From the NCBI GenBank assembly GCA_004764695.1, contig SMSO01000007.1, positions 2,487,270-2,551,269 of the forward strand: a stretch of DNA of 64,000 nucleotides, given 5' to 3'. Numbering within the stretch: the stretch's first letter is position 1; every line of letters starts with the position of its first letter. Source of the DNA: Schizochytrium sp. TIO01 (Eukaryota; Protista; Bigyra: Labyrinthulomycetes). The notes under the pieces were generated by a model. It saw nothing but the letters and a program-made list of their open reading frames with translations, had not been told where the DNA came from and searched no databases. This document shows positions 13,630-27,784 of the stretch, piece after piece. Position numbers and translations under genes: made by a program.

Positions 13630-15789
13630 AAAAATCAAATCCTCCGTAGTCTTCTGTCTTGCGAGAACCCCCCAAAAGTTCAACGAGTGTGCTGACACAG
13701 CTGCTGCGGTTTTTTAGTATGGCAACCGCAAGAAGACAGCACGCACATGCACACGCACGGCAGCTCGAAGCTCTCCAGGTCTCCTCTCGACCGTCGTTCT
13801 CGTTCCCGTGCTCCTCGCTCGTCATCGCCGTTCTCCTCGTCGCGCTGCTTTTCTGCTTTCCCAGCCAACCGAATTCAGCTCTAAAAAGGATTGCACTGCG
13901 AGCTCAGCGCAGGGGAACCTGTCTCTGAGCGCTGGTCTGCGTCGAGGCAGAGCACATCCATCATCGCAGGCCGCGATTTCTTGGATGGCCGGAGGGTCGA
14001 GTTGTTATAATTCGCAGCGCCTGCCTGCCGTGTCGGCCAAACACTTCGCGAGCGAAGCTGAGCTGGGAGAGAGGTCGGCTCTGCTGTCGTCCTGAACGAA
14101 CTTGGCAGACCCGTGTCGGCGGTGGCTGGTTCACCAAGACCTTTTGTGAGGCGTGAAGGAGTCCGGCGAGGAGACCGGGTGCTGGCTAGTCAGCTGTAGC
14201 CAAGTGCTAGTCTGGGCTACAGAGAAGCCAGCGAGGCCTCGCTCGGTTCCGATGCTGATGGGTCACGCTACCGTGCCACCTAGCGGTTACAGTAGGAGAA
14301 AAATTTGAAAAGTCCGGAGAAAAACGAGGCAAGGCTTTCTTTCGTTTAAGTGTTCCTTTCTGTTTTATAGTAATTGTTTTCCGCATGTTTTATAAGCGTA
14401 ATGCTGCGAAACGAAACGTCGCTTTATAAAAAATAAAAAATGAAAAAGGAGAAAAGAGCGACGCTTTCTCGAAAGGGCCTCTCTTCTGTGCGGTAAGAAC
14501 ATAGTGATACAATAGCAAGAGGACTCTCTCCTCGCTCTCTGTATGTGTGAGGTTGCTGTGCAGTAGTGCGGGTTTATCTATCTATCAGTCATGCTGGCTC
14601 GCCTGTTCTTGCCTACTGTGAGTAGCTAGCTAGCTATCCATCCGCCTTTATTTGAAGACAGTCAAAGGGCGATTTCTGCAGTGATTTGGAAATCTTTACG
14701 AGAGAAAGAGGAGATAGTATAGATGTGTACCGACGGATGGTTCATTTAGAGTTTACGCTACTGGCTGTGTTCCTTTCGTAAGAAGGAAGGGCTTTGTTTC
14801 CAGAGATCTTTAATTCTTGGGAGTTGGAGACTCACTCTGTCGTCGGTTGTGGCAGCTTTCAGGCGCTCGCCAATGCGGTGCCATCATGCTCCCGCGCACA
14901 GCTCAAGAACTTGCGAAGAATTCCTCGAAATGTTGCGCTTGCCCAGCTTGCCAATGCTGCAGCCACCACCGACCAGCGCCCACTCGTTTACTTGCTGAGA
15001 ACGCCCAAACAAGCAAGCAAGAAAGCAAAGAAACAAACTCGTCTTCTTCGTCTTCTTCTTACAATGATTATTCTTGTGAGCAGAGGAATCACCACGCAGG
15101 TACTCTGATACTCTTCACAAAAAAAAAAATGAGTTTAGTATCTTGCTTTATGAGATTTTGGCCTCAAACATTCGATCTCGTCAGAATTGTCATGAACATG
15201 ATAATAACCTCTGCGAGAGAGAGAGAGAGCGAGCGAGTGACAAGACGATGGTGGTTTAAGAATGATGAGCGAGCGCCTGAGTATCTTGTTTTTTAAAGTT
15301 AAAGTTAAATTAAATTTTATAAAAAGAGGTTCTCTCTGACAATGAATTCGCAAATTCTTCGTCCTTTTTGTTCCCGTCTGCTGTTCTTCCCAAGAAGTTC
15401 TGGGCAACCTGGAGACCGCCGCTTAGGCGAAACCCGTAGCACATATAGGATCCTCAGTGTTCCAAACATGCACTCTTCTAGGCCACTAGGGCTTTCCTAG
15501 TCTTTGCAGTAGCTGGTCTGCAGCCCCACAAATTCCTAACTCCAGCCAGACAGAACTGTTGGAACAGATAGAAGATAGATAGATTCCTTTGCGGTTGTTG
15601 GTTAGTCTCGAATGCAGGCTGCGTAGAATCTTGGAAAGAATAAACAGCGAGCTGACAAACTAGGCCAGCCTTGGTGGAGGGTTTTCTCCTGGTCGGCCGA
15701 TCTTCACGCGCTCAGGACGTTTGCTCGGTCTGCAAGAGAACCAATCCAGCAGCTCGCTGCCCACGGCGATTAGTCCCAAGTCCTCCTGG

Positions 15790-15822
<33 letters not shown>

Positions 15823-15865
15823 CACTAACTAACTAACTAACTAACTGCCTCACTGACTAACTAAC
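15790..15865. repeat. (TAAC)n microsatellite, imperfect
   Basis: taactaactaac... with a few interruptions. Confidence 0.93.
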
Positions 15866-18150
15866 ACACACCCTCCTCCACCTTCTAAAAACCAGCCGCA
15901 AGAACAGCCAAGAAAAAGAGGACACAAAGAAACTGAGACAGAAACAGAAAGAACACTTTGTACCAATCAATCAATCAATCGCTTCGATGGGAATCGATTG
16001 TTTTCCTCATAGCGATCGATTTCTTTGTGCTTGTAAGATTTCCTCGGCAGAGAACGAGAGGCGCGCCTCCTACTGTAAACGGTAGGCCCTCTAGGCTGAT
16101 CGGGGTGCACCCAAAGTTGGCAGAAGAGGCAATGGAGGGAGGCGCTTGAGGAAAAAAACCTCCGCGCCAGCACGTCCACCGAGGTTTGCGACCATCGCTG
16201 TGCCTGCCTGCCTGCTTTCTTCGCCTCCTCCTCTTTGGCGCCCTCTCGCTGGCCGCCTCTCGCCCTCGCCTTCGCACCTCCGCCGTGACTCGCGGCAGCC
16301 GCTGCCACTTTTTCGAAGGCCTGCTCGATCGATCGAGGCCAATTGAGGCAAGATCGCAAAGAAGGAAGCGCCTTTCCCTCTTCCAGGATAATGCGCGGGG
16401 TCCGCTACGATAGCGTCTTTCTTTTTAATATTTTGCACAAGCTTAGCGGAACGGGGGTATTCGCATCTGTTATTGAGTTTGTTTGTTCTAACTCCTCATT
16501 GTTTTAAAAGGTTTTTATTTAACTACCCAATAGTAACTAAAGGCGTTATACATAGCTGAGAATAGGTAGCTAATAGAAAAGGACAGCAGGATGGAATTTC
16601 ATCGAGTGTCTTGAGCTTGGCTTTTGTGCGTTGCGAGTGGGCTGTTATAGGCGGCCGCCTGCCACAAAGAACGGGCCTTCGGAGGAGGTTCTCGCCGTCT
16701 TCTCCTCCTTTCTCCAACCCGCTATTCTTCCTCTCCGCCCAGTCGTCCTGAAGATCTAAGTTTCTTTCCCGCGCTTTCTTCATTGCATTACCAAACGTTT
16801 TGAAACAATTCCTGCGACTTGTACAGTACATGAGAGCACTCCCACTTCTACTGACCTCCTACGCTTCGCCCTACGCCTCGCCCGCATAAGTTCTCTGGTA
16901 CCAATCCCGGTAGTACACCCATCATGGACCCCCCGTTAGGCTTTAAGCTAGGCCTCTATCCCCTAGGCTGCCTTGTATGCTTTGCCGTAGGAGGGCACAG
17001 TCTGAACAACAAGTGCTAAGGGCCGCTAAGGTGCACTAGGCGCTCGAGGAAGAGGCCGCTGAAAGCAACGAAGCGAGGCATCGCAAAGGCATCCTTGGCG
17101 CCTCAGCCAACGACTCAGGCCGCAGGAGCCCAGGCCGCTCCAGCAGAGCGAGGCCGCCGGGCCTAGCGACGAGCTTGTGCGTGCGTGTGTACGTATCGGC
17201 GCATGGGCGTACGTCGTGGAGCCGCGAGCGGCACGCTCCCGTGCAGGTTCGAAGTCGGGGCCCGCTCAACCGCCGCTCTTCCTTCGAAGAAGAATGAATG
17301 AATGAATGATTTAATGATTTAATGATTTAATGATTTAATGATTAAATGAATTAATTAATCAATAGATCAATGAATGAATCAATCAATCGACTTTTGGGGT
17401 TCTGGCACAGCGATGATCGCTAGGCACTGGTAGAGTTGGGGATAGCTAGCTCGCGGCCTCTTTCTTTCTATTTTCTTTCTTTGCCGTCAAGATGCGTAGG
17501 TGCGCACCTACTACTAACCTTCATACTGATCAATCAGAGGGTAAAGTGTAAGAAGAAGAGACTAAGTTAACTTGGAATTTGCAGCTCGAAATTCGAAGTT
17601 TTGCATGAATCCGTCATCATCAATTGCAAGCTCCGCGGGGGCCCAAGCTTCAAGAAAACCGGCCACGGGCCTCGAGCTTGCCCTCACTTGTCCAGCCAAT
17701 CCGCTTCAGCTGCGGCGTCCGAGCCCTCCACGCGAGCTTAGCTGTAGCTTTCTGAAGCCTGTCAGTCGTTAGTTAGTCAGTCAGCCAGTCAGTTAAGTAG
17801 TAGTAGTTATTCATTCTCTTTCTATTGAAAACTTACTTAGTCGCTCGCTTCTGTTCTTCTCTCTGTTCTCTCCGTTCTCTCTGTTCTCCCTCTGCGCCGA
17901 GATCATCGCATTGGGAAGGGATTCAGCGCAAGGGAGCAAGCGAGGGAACACAGGGAACTTCCAGCGGAGGCCGAAAACAGCCAAAGAGGCGAAGCTGGCA
18001 CTTACCAAGAAGAAGGAGGAGAAGAAGGAGAAGAAGAAGGGCCACGCCGACAGCTCTGGCGCTGCTCGCGTCGCGGCTCCGGAGCGGCCGCCTGCATGCA
18101 CTCTTTGCTGGAGGCAGCCAACCTCGCGGGTTTCTTGAAGAGAGGCGCAG

Positions 18151-18184
<34 letters not shown>

Positions 18185-18285
18185 ATACAGCTAGCTGACG
18201 CTGCGAGAGCGAAACCTCTTTTCGAAGGGCGAATTCGGTTATCTTTCGATTATCAAGTAATTGTTTAATGTATGTTCTTTATAAA

Positions 18286-18313
18286 AGAAGAAGAAGAAGA
18301 AGAAGAAGAAGAA
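18286..18313. repeat. (AGA)n microsatellite
   Basis: Tandem aga/gaa units. Confidence 0.9.
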
Positions 18314-21156
18314 GGGGTTAGTTAATAAGGAGGACTAAGGAGGTCGATCGAGTTCGGGTTCTCGCGGAAGGCGGCTTTGGGGTTCGCTCGCTGGATCGGA
18401 GGGCGGCGCAGGCAGGTCCTGCGCCGATTTATGCGTCGATCTCGGCGAGTTTAGCGAGTTAGTTTCTTAGTTTCGGCGGCCGCCCTGTCGCCCGAAGCGC
18501 CAAGAAGGCGAAGAAGATCCATCCTCCTCGTCGCTGATTCATTCATTCATTCATTTATTCATTCATTCCTGTTCTTGTTCCTGTTCTTGTTCCCGTTCTT
18601 GTTCTTGTTACTTTCCCCTTAGGCACTAGCTAGGGCGCGCTGAATCGGCTGCGAGAGAGGAAGAAAGAGGGAATCAGAGAGGAGGAGAAGCGTGAAAGGA
18701 AAGGCACAGAAGGAAAGCCTGTGAACTCTCAGCTCTTTCTCTCGTTGTGAAAACAGTGAGTGAGTGCATTGGTCTTTTGTTTGATTTGTTTGATTTTTGA
18801 TTGTTTGTTTATTTGTCTGTTTGTTTGTAGTGTGCTAATAAGAAGGATTTTAACTTTTGCATGTTTTTGCAAAAATAATGTTTAAAGGTAGCTGGTTTAT
18901 TCGTTCACTATGAGAGGGAGGGAGGGAGTGAGTGAGTGAGTGAGTGGGTGAAAGAAATTCAAGTTTCAAGTTGTTGGAGCTGTTTGGCTTTTCTAAGAGA
19001 TAGAAAGAATCGCAATGCAGATTGAGAAGAAGAAGAAAGAGATGCAGAGGGTGCGCTCGAGGCAGCTCGCGACAGCGTTCGTGGCAGTCGAAAGCTCAAC
19101 TCGACCTCGCGAGAGGCTGAATGGCTGCTTACTCTTCTTTCTAAGCAGAGAGCTCACTGGCTGACTCTCGTGGGAATACGAATGAATCCATGGCACACGG
19201 GGTTTCGCGATGTGTTATACATCTCTGCATGTCTCGTCACTAAACTACTTATTTATTGGTTATGATATATATTATACATAATACTTAACTTAAGTTACAT
19301 TCATTCATCTATCAGGATGCCACAACGCTGTCCCCTCCTTGTTTTGTAAGTAAGGAGAAAGTGAATAAATAAATAAATAATTGAATTAAAAAAAAAAAAA
19401 AAAAGATCAAGAAGTACATACATAAGTTAGAAAAAGATAAATGAAAAGGTCATAAAAATAGAATATTATTATTCTGTGCAAAACCTTGACTGAATAACTG
19501 GTCTTCTCAAGTTGCAAGAAGTACTTGCAAAAAGGGAAAAAGTGAGTGTTTTCAGTGGAGTGTTGCTGCGATGGAGGTAGGTAGCGGAATAAGTCTTGAT
19601 TTTCTTTTCTATAACATAAACAGGAGCAAGCACCGAATGAGTGATTCAAGGGTGGTTTCTCCGAAGTTCGTTTCATCGCCATTTGTTTATCCCTAATTTT
19701 TATGGTACCTATTTTGCTTTCTTCTGAAACTAAACAAAAAAAAAAAGAATAAAAAAAGAAAAAAAGAAAGAAGCCTTGTTCCCAGTTATTTTTATTTACT
19801 TATTTATTTTAAACTTAATTTTGGATTCGTCGCTGGCGCTATCTATTATCGAAACGAATGCATAGATCCCAAAAGCGGAGGTACCTGGTGCTTCTCTGAA
19901 GCGGGTTGAAGTTATATTTGCTGCCCCAGGCCACCTGATTGATGGGAGATTGAGGCCGTACAGGCACTACTGCTGCTCGTTTTGCTTGGCTTTAGCAGCG
20001 AGCTCCCCCGCTCGCGCCGAGCTTGCGAGCAGCAGCCGAGCAGAGGCGAACTGCCCCAAACTAGCTAGGCACCACAAAACATTTTTCTTTGTTTTATTCT
20101 TTGTTTTATTCTTTGTTTCTTATTACGGTTAAGTAGGCGAGGCAAAGGCGGCGCGGGGTTTCCCCGGTGCTTTCTGCGTGAACAATTGAGGCTTTTTAAA
20201 TTAATTTTTTAGTAGTAGTTTTATTTTATTTTTCATGCTAGAGAGCTAAAATGGAAAAGGGTGTGCAACGAGGAGAAGAGGAGCTGTGCGGGCGGAGTAT
20301 CTTGTTTGAGAACCCACTCAGCCGTGGACGGCCACGAAAAGGCGATCGAACTGCAGTCGTCGCGTTGGTTTCGAGCTTCAGCGGGCAGCCCGAGCAAGCG
20401 AAAGGCTGTATTTTTTGTTTATTTGTTTGTTTGTTTGAAGCCCAGGTTGTCAGGAAACGACGAAACTATGGTCGATTCTAAACCCAATTCAAACCTTTAA
20501 ACTCCGCCTGAGGTTTTCTATTTATGGGGGCATAACAAACAAACAAACAACTAACATCACTTTCTTTCTGAAAAGATGGTAATAAGCAATATGGACTCTC
20601 TTTGATGCTGTTTCCTACGTTCTTTGCGATGACGTACTAAAAAACAGGGGCCAAAAAGGAAACGAAAGTTTTGATCGTCGATCACATACATCCGCTCAAG
20701 GGCTGCCAAGAAGAGGACTCTCAAGAGGCGAAGTCAGTACACCCGAAGAGGAGGCCGAAACTAATCAATAAAACCCCTTTCGGCCATCGCAGCTGGCCAG
20801 TTTCACGAAATCAATTCACGCGCAAGTACCCACGATGCGATCTCTAGCTAGAAACGCGAGAGAGGGAGGGACTTCCTTCCTCTTGCCTCTCCTCGTACTC
20901 TGCTCAAAGCCGAACGACACCACGGTAGGGAAAGGACGCATGCGCTGTGTCCCGGGGTCCTAGTAGCAGCTAGTTTGATGAAAAGTAAGGTTGAAGGTAA
21001 GTTTAAACTTTGGAGAAGATGATGAATAAAGTAGAAGTGGGTATTATTTCTCCGAGGGTTAAGAGTTTTTGTGATGAGGGTGAAAGAAAAAATAGAATGG
21101 AAATAACATTCGAGTGAGCCTTGTTGGGATATTGGGAGAAGAGAATAAGAAAATGT

Positions 21157-21191
<35 letters not shown>

Positions 21192-23975
21192 TTTGTTTGT
21201 TTGTTTGTTTATCAAAGGATGTAGCATGGATGAAACGTCTTTACAAAACAAGTTCGTCGTCATCGTAAGGTTAAATTGCAAAGATCGCACGAAAGGAACA
21301 GATTTGAGGGCAGATCCGCAGAATTCTTTCCTGTCAGGCTGAGACAGAGTTGAAGCGTGAAGCGCCTCAGGGCTGCTGATGGTTCGCGCTTCTCACACGA
21401 ATTGCATTCGTTTGCCTGATTTAGGCAGCTAGCTGATCAGAGGGCGTGGATTCCTCCGAAGAGTGGCGGCGCGCCGAACTGCCATACCTGCAAACGTACC
21501 TTGATACTTAGCCGCTGCACCGGAAAAACTCGTCGAGTACTTTATTTCATCATAATAATAATTTGAAAAATAGCTGTTTGAAAGTAGTTGTGGTGTTTCT
21601 CCGAAATAAAGACAATAGACTTTTGACTTTGATCCATACCATGCTTGTACCTAGCTAGCTCGGTACTGTACACACGGGAGATGCAAATAAAAGGTTTTCT
21701 GTTTCAATTTCTTTTCCTTTTCAATTTCTTTTTCAAAATGGACACACAGCAGATCAAGACTTGTCCCAAAGAAGAAGGAAAAAGAAGGGTCAAGCGCTCG
21801 AGTGAGAGAAGAGAGAAAGAAGATGAAGCAGCGGAAAAACAAGAGAGAAGTTTCTCCGATGACGGCTTTGGCGATGCGACGATAAAAGAAAGAATGAATG
21901 TAGAATGGTTGAATCCACGATTGGTTAAATGAATGGACTCCAGCAGCTGCTTCAAGATCTGAAGAAGCCTGGCGCCCCGTGGTTCTTGCTGCCTGATGAG
22001 CCGCGGGAGCAGGTCTTCGGCTGTGCATCTACGACACCCGAACGCGGCTCTCCGGAAACCTGCGAGGATCTGCAGGCGGCCTGGGAGAGGCGAGCAGTCC
22101 ACGCGAATGGACGACGCTGCGACGGATGGATCCCTGGATGACTGACTTGGACTCATTCTGAGGTCCACTCGCATTGCTTTCCTATCTACTACTACGTTAG
22201 ATCCAACATCTTTTCCTTTCTTTTCTTCTCCTGAAAAAAGGGGCAAACAAACACTCACTCCATTGGATACATTGGATGCACCCTTTCTTTGCTTCTTTTC
22301 CTTCTTTCTTTTGATCTTTCTATGTTTTTTGTTTTTGTTTTTGTCTTTGTTCTTTTGTTTCAACAGAAGAGGAAATGGAAGAGAAGATTAATTACGCTGA
22401 TATACACAAAGGGAGTAGATAGTAGTGGTAGTACTAGAGGGAAGAAAGAAAGAAATAGGCCTCGTTCTTTCTTTCTCTTTCTCTTTTCCTCTGGTGGTAA
22501 TAATAGCGGTATGACGCAATCTTGAAAGGTCTGCTCACAAGCCCGTCTGATGGCTTCGAATCAGGGCTCGCGACGCATCGCGAAGGCTGTCCGGGAGAAG
22601 AAAAGAGCTGCAGCACTCGCTCAGGACGCGGCACACGCCTTCACAGTCAACTTAAACGCCGCGGAGCAGCACCCCGTGCGTCTTGAGTGAAGCAATCCCG
22701 GTCTCGCAACTTGACAGCAGCGCAATCCTCAACGAAAGGAAAATCACTTTGCGCGAGAAAGAACTTCACCACAACAACAATAACAACAACAAAAAAGAAA
22801 ACAAACAAACAAACAAAAAACAAACAAACAAAAAACAAACAAATAAAAAAGAGAATCAAGCAGCAAAGAAAAGAAAAGATAGAACAACTGAGAAGAAGAA
22901 AAAAAGGGCGCTGAAAGCAAACTTTTTAGTAGTTTGTATTTTGTTTGTTCAAGAAACTAAAGAGAGGATGAAGAAGAGGAGGAGGAGGAGGTAGCACCAC
23001 GTAGCAGAAGAAGGAAATAAGTAAACATCCAAACAAACATCCAAACAAACCAACAAATAAACGAACGAACAAACAAACAAATGTATCAACGCCGGCGCCG
23101 CCCGAGCGTGCAATTCGGCGGCAAAGTGGCTCTAGGAAGCGCGGTCTCTGGCGTGAGCGGATCAGCACTGCTTTCCTTAGCAGGTTTATCGCATACTTTT
23201 GCGCTGTGACTTTCGACGAATCAGCCCATTTTCAAATCGTTTCGTCTTCCCTATTCCTCTGTTTCTCTCTTTCATGAAAATCAAATAAAAAGCGCAGAGT
23301 TAAAGAAAAGAGATCGACCTGTGGACTCCTCTCTAATTAGTAGTAGTGAGTGGGAGGGAGTATGCGTATAAAAAAGAGTGACTTTGGCGATCCAAGGTGA
23401 CCTCCGCTTTCCTTTCGAGTTAACTTGAGTTCTGCTGTTAACGAGGGGGAGCAGGCCGGTCTGCGACGGAGGAGGCGCGACGACCGCTCATCGGTTGCGC
23501 TTAGCTGCGTGCTTGTTTATTCTGCCTGGCTTGCTGGAGCAGTGGCGTAGCGCCAGTTCCTTCTTTTGCTAAGCAATTAAACTTGCTTTCCCTTTGTTTG
23601 AAGTTTTCAGAGATTATCATAGAGCAAAAAGCACGCTACTATCTATCTAGGAAGCATTCGGAGTCCTTCATTGAAAAGGAATTCAAAACATGTACGCGTG
23701 GAGGACTTTCTTTTAATTAAAGGCAAAAGAAAAGGGAAAAGGACGAAAGGTTGAATGAATGAATGAAAGAAAGAAAGAAAGAAAGAAAGAATGCTAGCTT
23801 GCAAGTGGGCAGTACATGTTCACTACTCTGCACTACGAAGTGAAGTGAAGTGAAGTAAAATGCCGCTGAAAAGGCATGACGAGAGAAAAAGCATGAAGCG
23901 AAAAGAGAGAAAAGAAAAGAAGAGAGAGCGCGGCATAATAATAATAGTAATAATAATAACAATACCACCTCATCG

Positions 23976-23976
<1 letters not shown>

Positions 23977-24020
<44 letters not shown>

Positions 24021-24030
24021 TGATGATGAT
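23977..24030. repeat. (GAT)n microsatellite
   Basis: Near-perfect GAT tract. It generates the spurious poly-His and poly-Ile ORFs in the track. Confidence 0.95.
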
Positions 24031-26094
24031 GCTTCTTGGCTCTGTTGGTCTTTTTTAAATACTTCAACAGAATTCGCTACCTGTAGAATAAACCAAGTTA
24101 CGAAGTTGCAGCGAAGGAATTTGATTCGAAGGCGATGCTCCGCCGGTACATCTTTGTCTGCCACGAGAGACGGAAAGTTCGTTCGAAGTTTGTCAATACG
24201 CCAAAAGAAATGTTCGCCTCCAGAAGTAAATACCGCGTTAATTTTAAAGAAAGCTCTTGCACAAGAAGGAAATCCTCCAGAACCTGACAAAGAGTGGATG
24301 AATGCAGGGATGAACGAAGGAATGAAGAAACAGAAGGACTTCAATTCAAGCTTCGTGAAGGAATTCATTTCGCCACTATGATGATGATCAAGATCATCAT
24401 CGTTGTGCCGACTGAGTGAGAGTGCGATCTTCCTTCCCACTTTCGATGCTGTCTCCGAAGCCTTTAGGTACAGTCAGAAGTAGTCAGAAAACTTGTGCTT
24501 TTGGACGTCGAACTATGTTTTGGAAAGTCCTGAGAGGCTATTGTTTTCCTTGCCTGCTAAGGCTTGTAGCGTTTCATGCTTTTTATCTATATTGTTTATT
24601 TTAATTATAATCTCTCGGGGATATTATAGGTAAAAAGAAAAGAAAAGAAAAGGGAACCCCAAAACTTTCAGCGATGAAAAGAACGAAAAGAACGCCGGGA
24701 AAACTAGCCCAAAAGTTTTAACATAGTGCAAAGAATATATTTGGAATGATTGACAGAGAAGAATAGTAGTCACTGGGACTCCATACAAATCGATAGTGTC
24801 GATCAACCAAAAACTAAAAACGCATCTCTCTTTGCTTATTAAAAAATAAAAAGCAATTATTAAAAAATTAAAAAGCTTTTTCAACTATCAAGCATTCTCC
24901 ATGGCGGGAAATTGCCATGAGTTTAAAGAAAAGGGGTGCCCTCCGAAACTCAAAACACATTCATCGAACCTTGTTCGGGGTATTCTTTCGCACTGCATAT
25001 GTCTCCTTCTGGATGTTCGAAGAAAGTAGGAAAATAATTTCCTTTTTCTCTCCTTCGCTCGAGCATTTCGGAAAAATAAATTGGTGACTTTAGAATTATA
25101 TGGACTTTAGCATCGGAGATTCTTAAATCTCAAGAAGGTTTAAAAACAAAAATATATAAATGCTCTCACTTCGAACCTTACAGAAGTGATACTATGTTGA
25201 AAAATAAATGAGGAACGAGCGACCAGTGAAGCAGTGAGACGGAGATTCCTTCAAACAGAGTTTGAAATTACTCTATTCTGATAAGTTTACTATTAGATTC
25301 TCCGCCGAAATTAGAAAAAAAAAAAAAGCATCGATTCTTGTTTGAGTCTTTGATCCACGCACGCGTTATCGCTGATCAATTATATATCATTTCATTCAAA
25401 AAAAAAAAAAACATTACTTGACGATGAAAAACAAATACTACATGTAAAGATTTTAACATCGGGGCGGGCCCCGTGAATAAAATAAAATAAAATTAAATTA
25501 AAAAATGAACCTCACAAGAGATTCAAGTGTTTTTTCCGGGTTTGAAAAGTTTGGCGGACGGGGGTCGAAACGAAGGGATGCGTCAATAAAACGTTCCCCA
25601 GAGATCAGAGAAAAGGCAGCGGCGGCCTGAACTCGCGGCACACGACTCTCTTCTCTCGCTGGCCCCTGTTACCTCTGCGCTGGACAGTCAGTCCAGCCCA
25701 AGGCAAGGACAGGAATACGTCTGAGAAGCAGGTATCTCGAATTGCTCTTTTCTGCAGTACCTCCAAATCGAAAGGCACCTTTGATTGCTAATATGATGAG
25801 ATATCATCACACAGGATTCAGCTTTTCACCGCACTCGTTCGGGAGCAATGCTTTGAAATGATGTTTTTTAAATTAATCGTAGTATTTTCTTCATTTCCAG
25901 TTTTATATTTAATTTAAAATGGGAAAACAGCGAGCAGGGTTTAAAAGAGTTTCTAATTAATCAATTGATAAAATAGATTTGGCAATGAAGGGATGGATGC
26001 CTCCTTTGGTCTGTTGGCACAGCAAAGAAAAACCGGTCGAGGCTGAGAAGGCGAAGAGGAATAATGTGCTCAGAGGGCCAAAGAGGGCCATCTT

Positions 26095-26146
26095 AGCTCA
26101 GCTCAAGCAGCTCAGCTCAGCTCAGCTCAAACAACTCAGCTCAGCT
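26095..26146. repeat. (AGCTC)n pentanucleotide repeat, imperfect
   Basis: agctcagctcaagcagctcagctcagctcagctc... Confidence 0.85.
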
Positions 26147-26492
26147 AAGATCAAATCAAATCAGAGCGAGGAATTAGTGAAGTACAGTCGCGGTGAAGAG
26201 GACTCATCGAGAGCACGGGTGCTCGCGGAGGAAAAAACAAGAAAACAAAAAACTAAAAAGGAGTAAAGGGCCACCGACTGAGGGGGCTGGACGGGCGGCC
26301 TTTGTCTCCAGCAGAGGAAGCGGTGCTGGGTCGTCTTTTCTCTTGTGAGAAATGTAAAGTTGAAACTTTTCAATTTGACATAAATTCAAATGGAGTGTTT
26401 AAGTTTCTGTTGTTTGAGTGATAATAAATGTTTTAGTTTCGTTTGGTTTTAGGAGTGGAAGGGAGAAAGCGATAGCAGCACAAGTACGTGCA

Positions 26493-26521
26493 TGAATGAA
26501 TGAATGAATGAATGAATGAAT
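26493..26521. repeat. (TGAA)n microsatellite
   Basis: Tandem tgaa units. Confidence 0.9.
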
Positions 26522-27152
26522 GTGTGAGTGAATAATCAGCGATGTGGAGGAGTCAGAGGGTTTCTCTGAGCACAGATCAAGGAAGAGGATTTAAGCGGCA
26601 ACTGTGAGTGGCTGGCTGATTGAATTAATCGCACGCTTGTTCTTCTTCTTCCTGTTCCTCTATACATACATACATTTAATGACTCATTCATTCGTTTATT
26701 GATTCATTCATTCATTCATTTATTAATTCATTCATTCTGTTTCCATCTTTGTTTCCTCTTTCCTTCGCCTTCGCTGGCCAGCGGGCCAGTGAGAAGAAAG
26801 ACCACACACCGTCAGGAAGAAGGAAGAGCGGCGGTTCTTTCTATTTTAAACTCCTACAGCCGAGGTGGAGGGAGCGATCACTAGGTCACCAGGTGCTCCA
26901 AAAAGAGAGAGAAACTAAATATTGGTAGTCACGAAAGAGTCTCGTTGAGAAACAATGTTGAGTGGAGGAAGCAGATGAGCACGTCTTCCATTCTTTTAAT
27001 CATCCTTTTAATCATCCATTTAATCGTCCATTCATGCATTGATTCTCTCTTTCTTGCAATTTATTAAATTTATTAGTGGAGTGATCGTTTGAATTCAAAA
27101 CGGGTTAATGAAAAGAAGCTTTTCTAGACAACAGCCGAATTTTAAGAACGAT

Positions 27153-27183
<31 letters not shown>

Positions 27184-27663
27184 CAAGCAAGAAAGCGCAG
27201 AAAAGCGTTGAAAAGATGGCGGAAGCCGCCGGTGGGGCAGCAGCGCCGCTCGTTTCTCGCAGAGTTTATGCGTTTCATGGGCAGGGGAGGCTTAAGCAGT
27301 TGGTCTCTTTCGCGGGGCGGCGAGCAGAAGCAGAAAAGAAAGGGTTCTCGCAAAACCTTGCTGAAGGAGACCCTCCCCGCCCAAGGCGTATGCAGACGCT
27401 AAGGAGGCCTACGCCCGAGCCGCTTTGGGAAGAAGCACGAGAGGGAAAGCGCGGAAAGAGAGGGGCAAAGGCTGAACCGAATCAGGTATAGAATGAAAGG
27501 AAGGAGAGAGGGGCGTGAAAAAAAATAAAAAATAGTTACTCTAGTCTCCTGTCTTCACTGGAAGAGGGCGGCGAGACCAGCACTAGAATAGAGGGAAAGA
27601 ATGAAAGAAAGAAGAAAGAAAGAAGGGAAAATTTGAAAAAACAAAGGGCGAGAATGAATGAAG

Positions 27664-27784
<121 letters not shown>

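Noticed and set aside
17240-17270. GGTTCGAA T-loop-like word (similar at ~18350 and ~22553)
   Set aside because: No pairing T-stem or cloverleaf; not a tRNA.
21645-22363. Overlapping 70-219 aa ORFs in the desert
   Set aside because: They begin in low-complexity A/T repeats, have no recognisable motifs and lack the codon bias of the real genes. A relic cannot be excluded.
23717-24440. Poly-His and poly-Ile ORFs
   Set aside because: These are translations of (GAT)n and (AAT)n repeats; no domain content.
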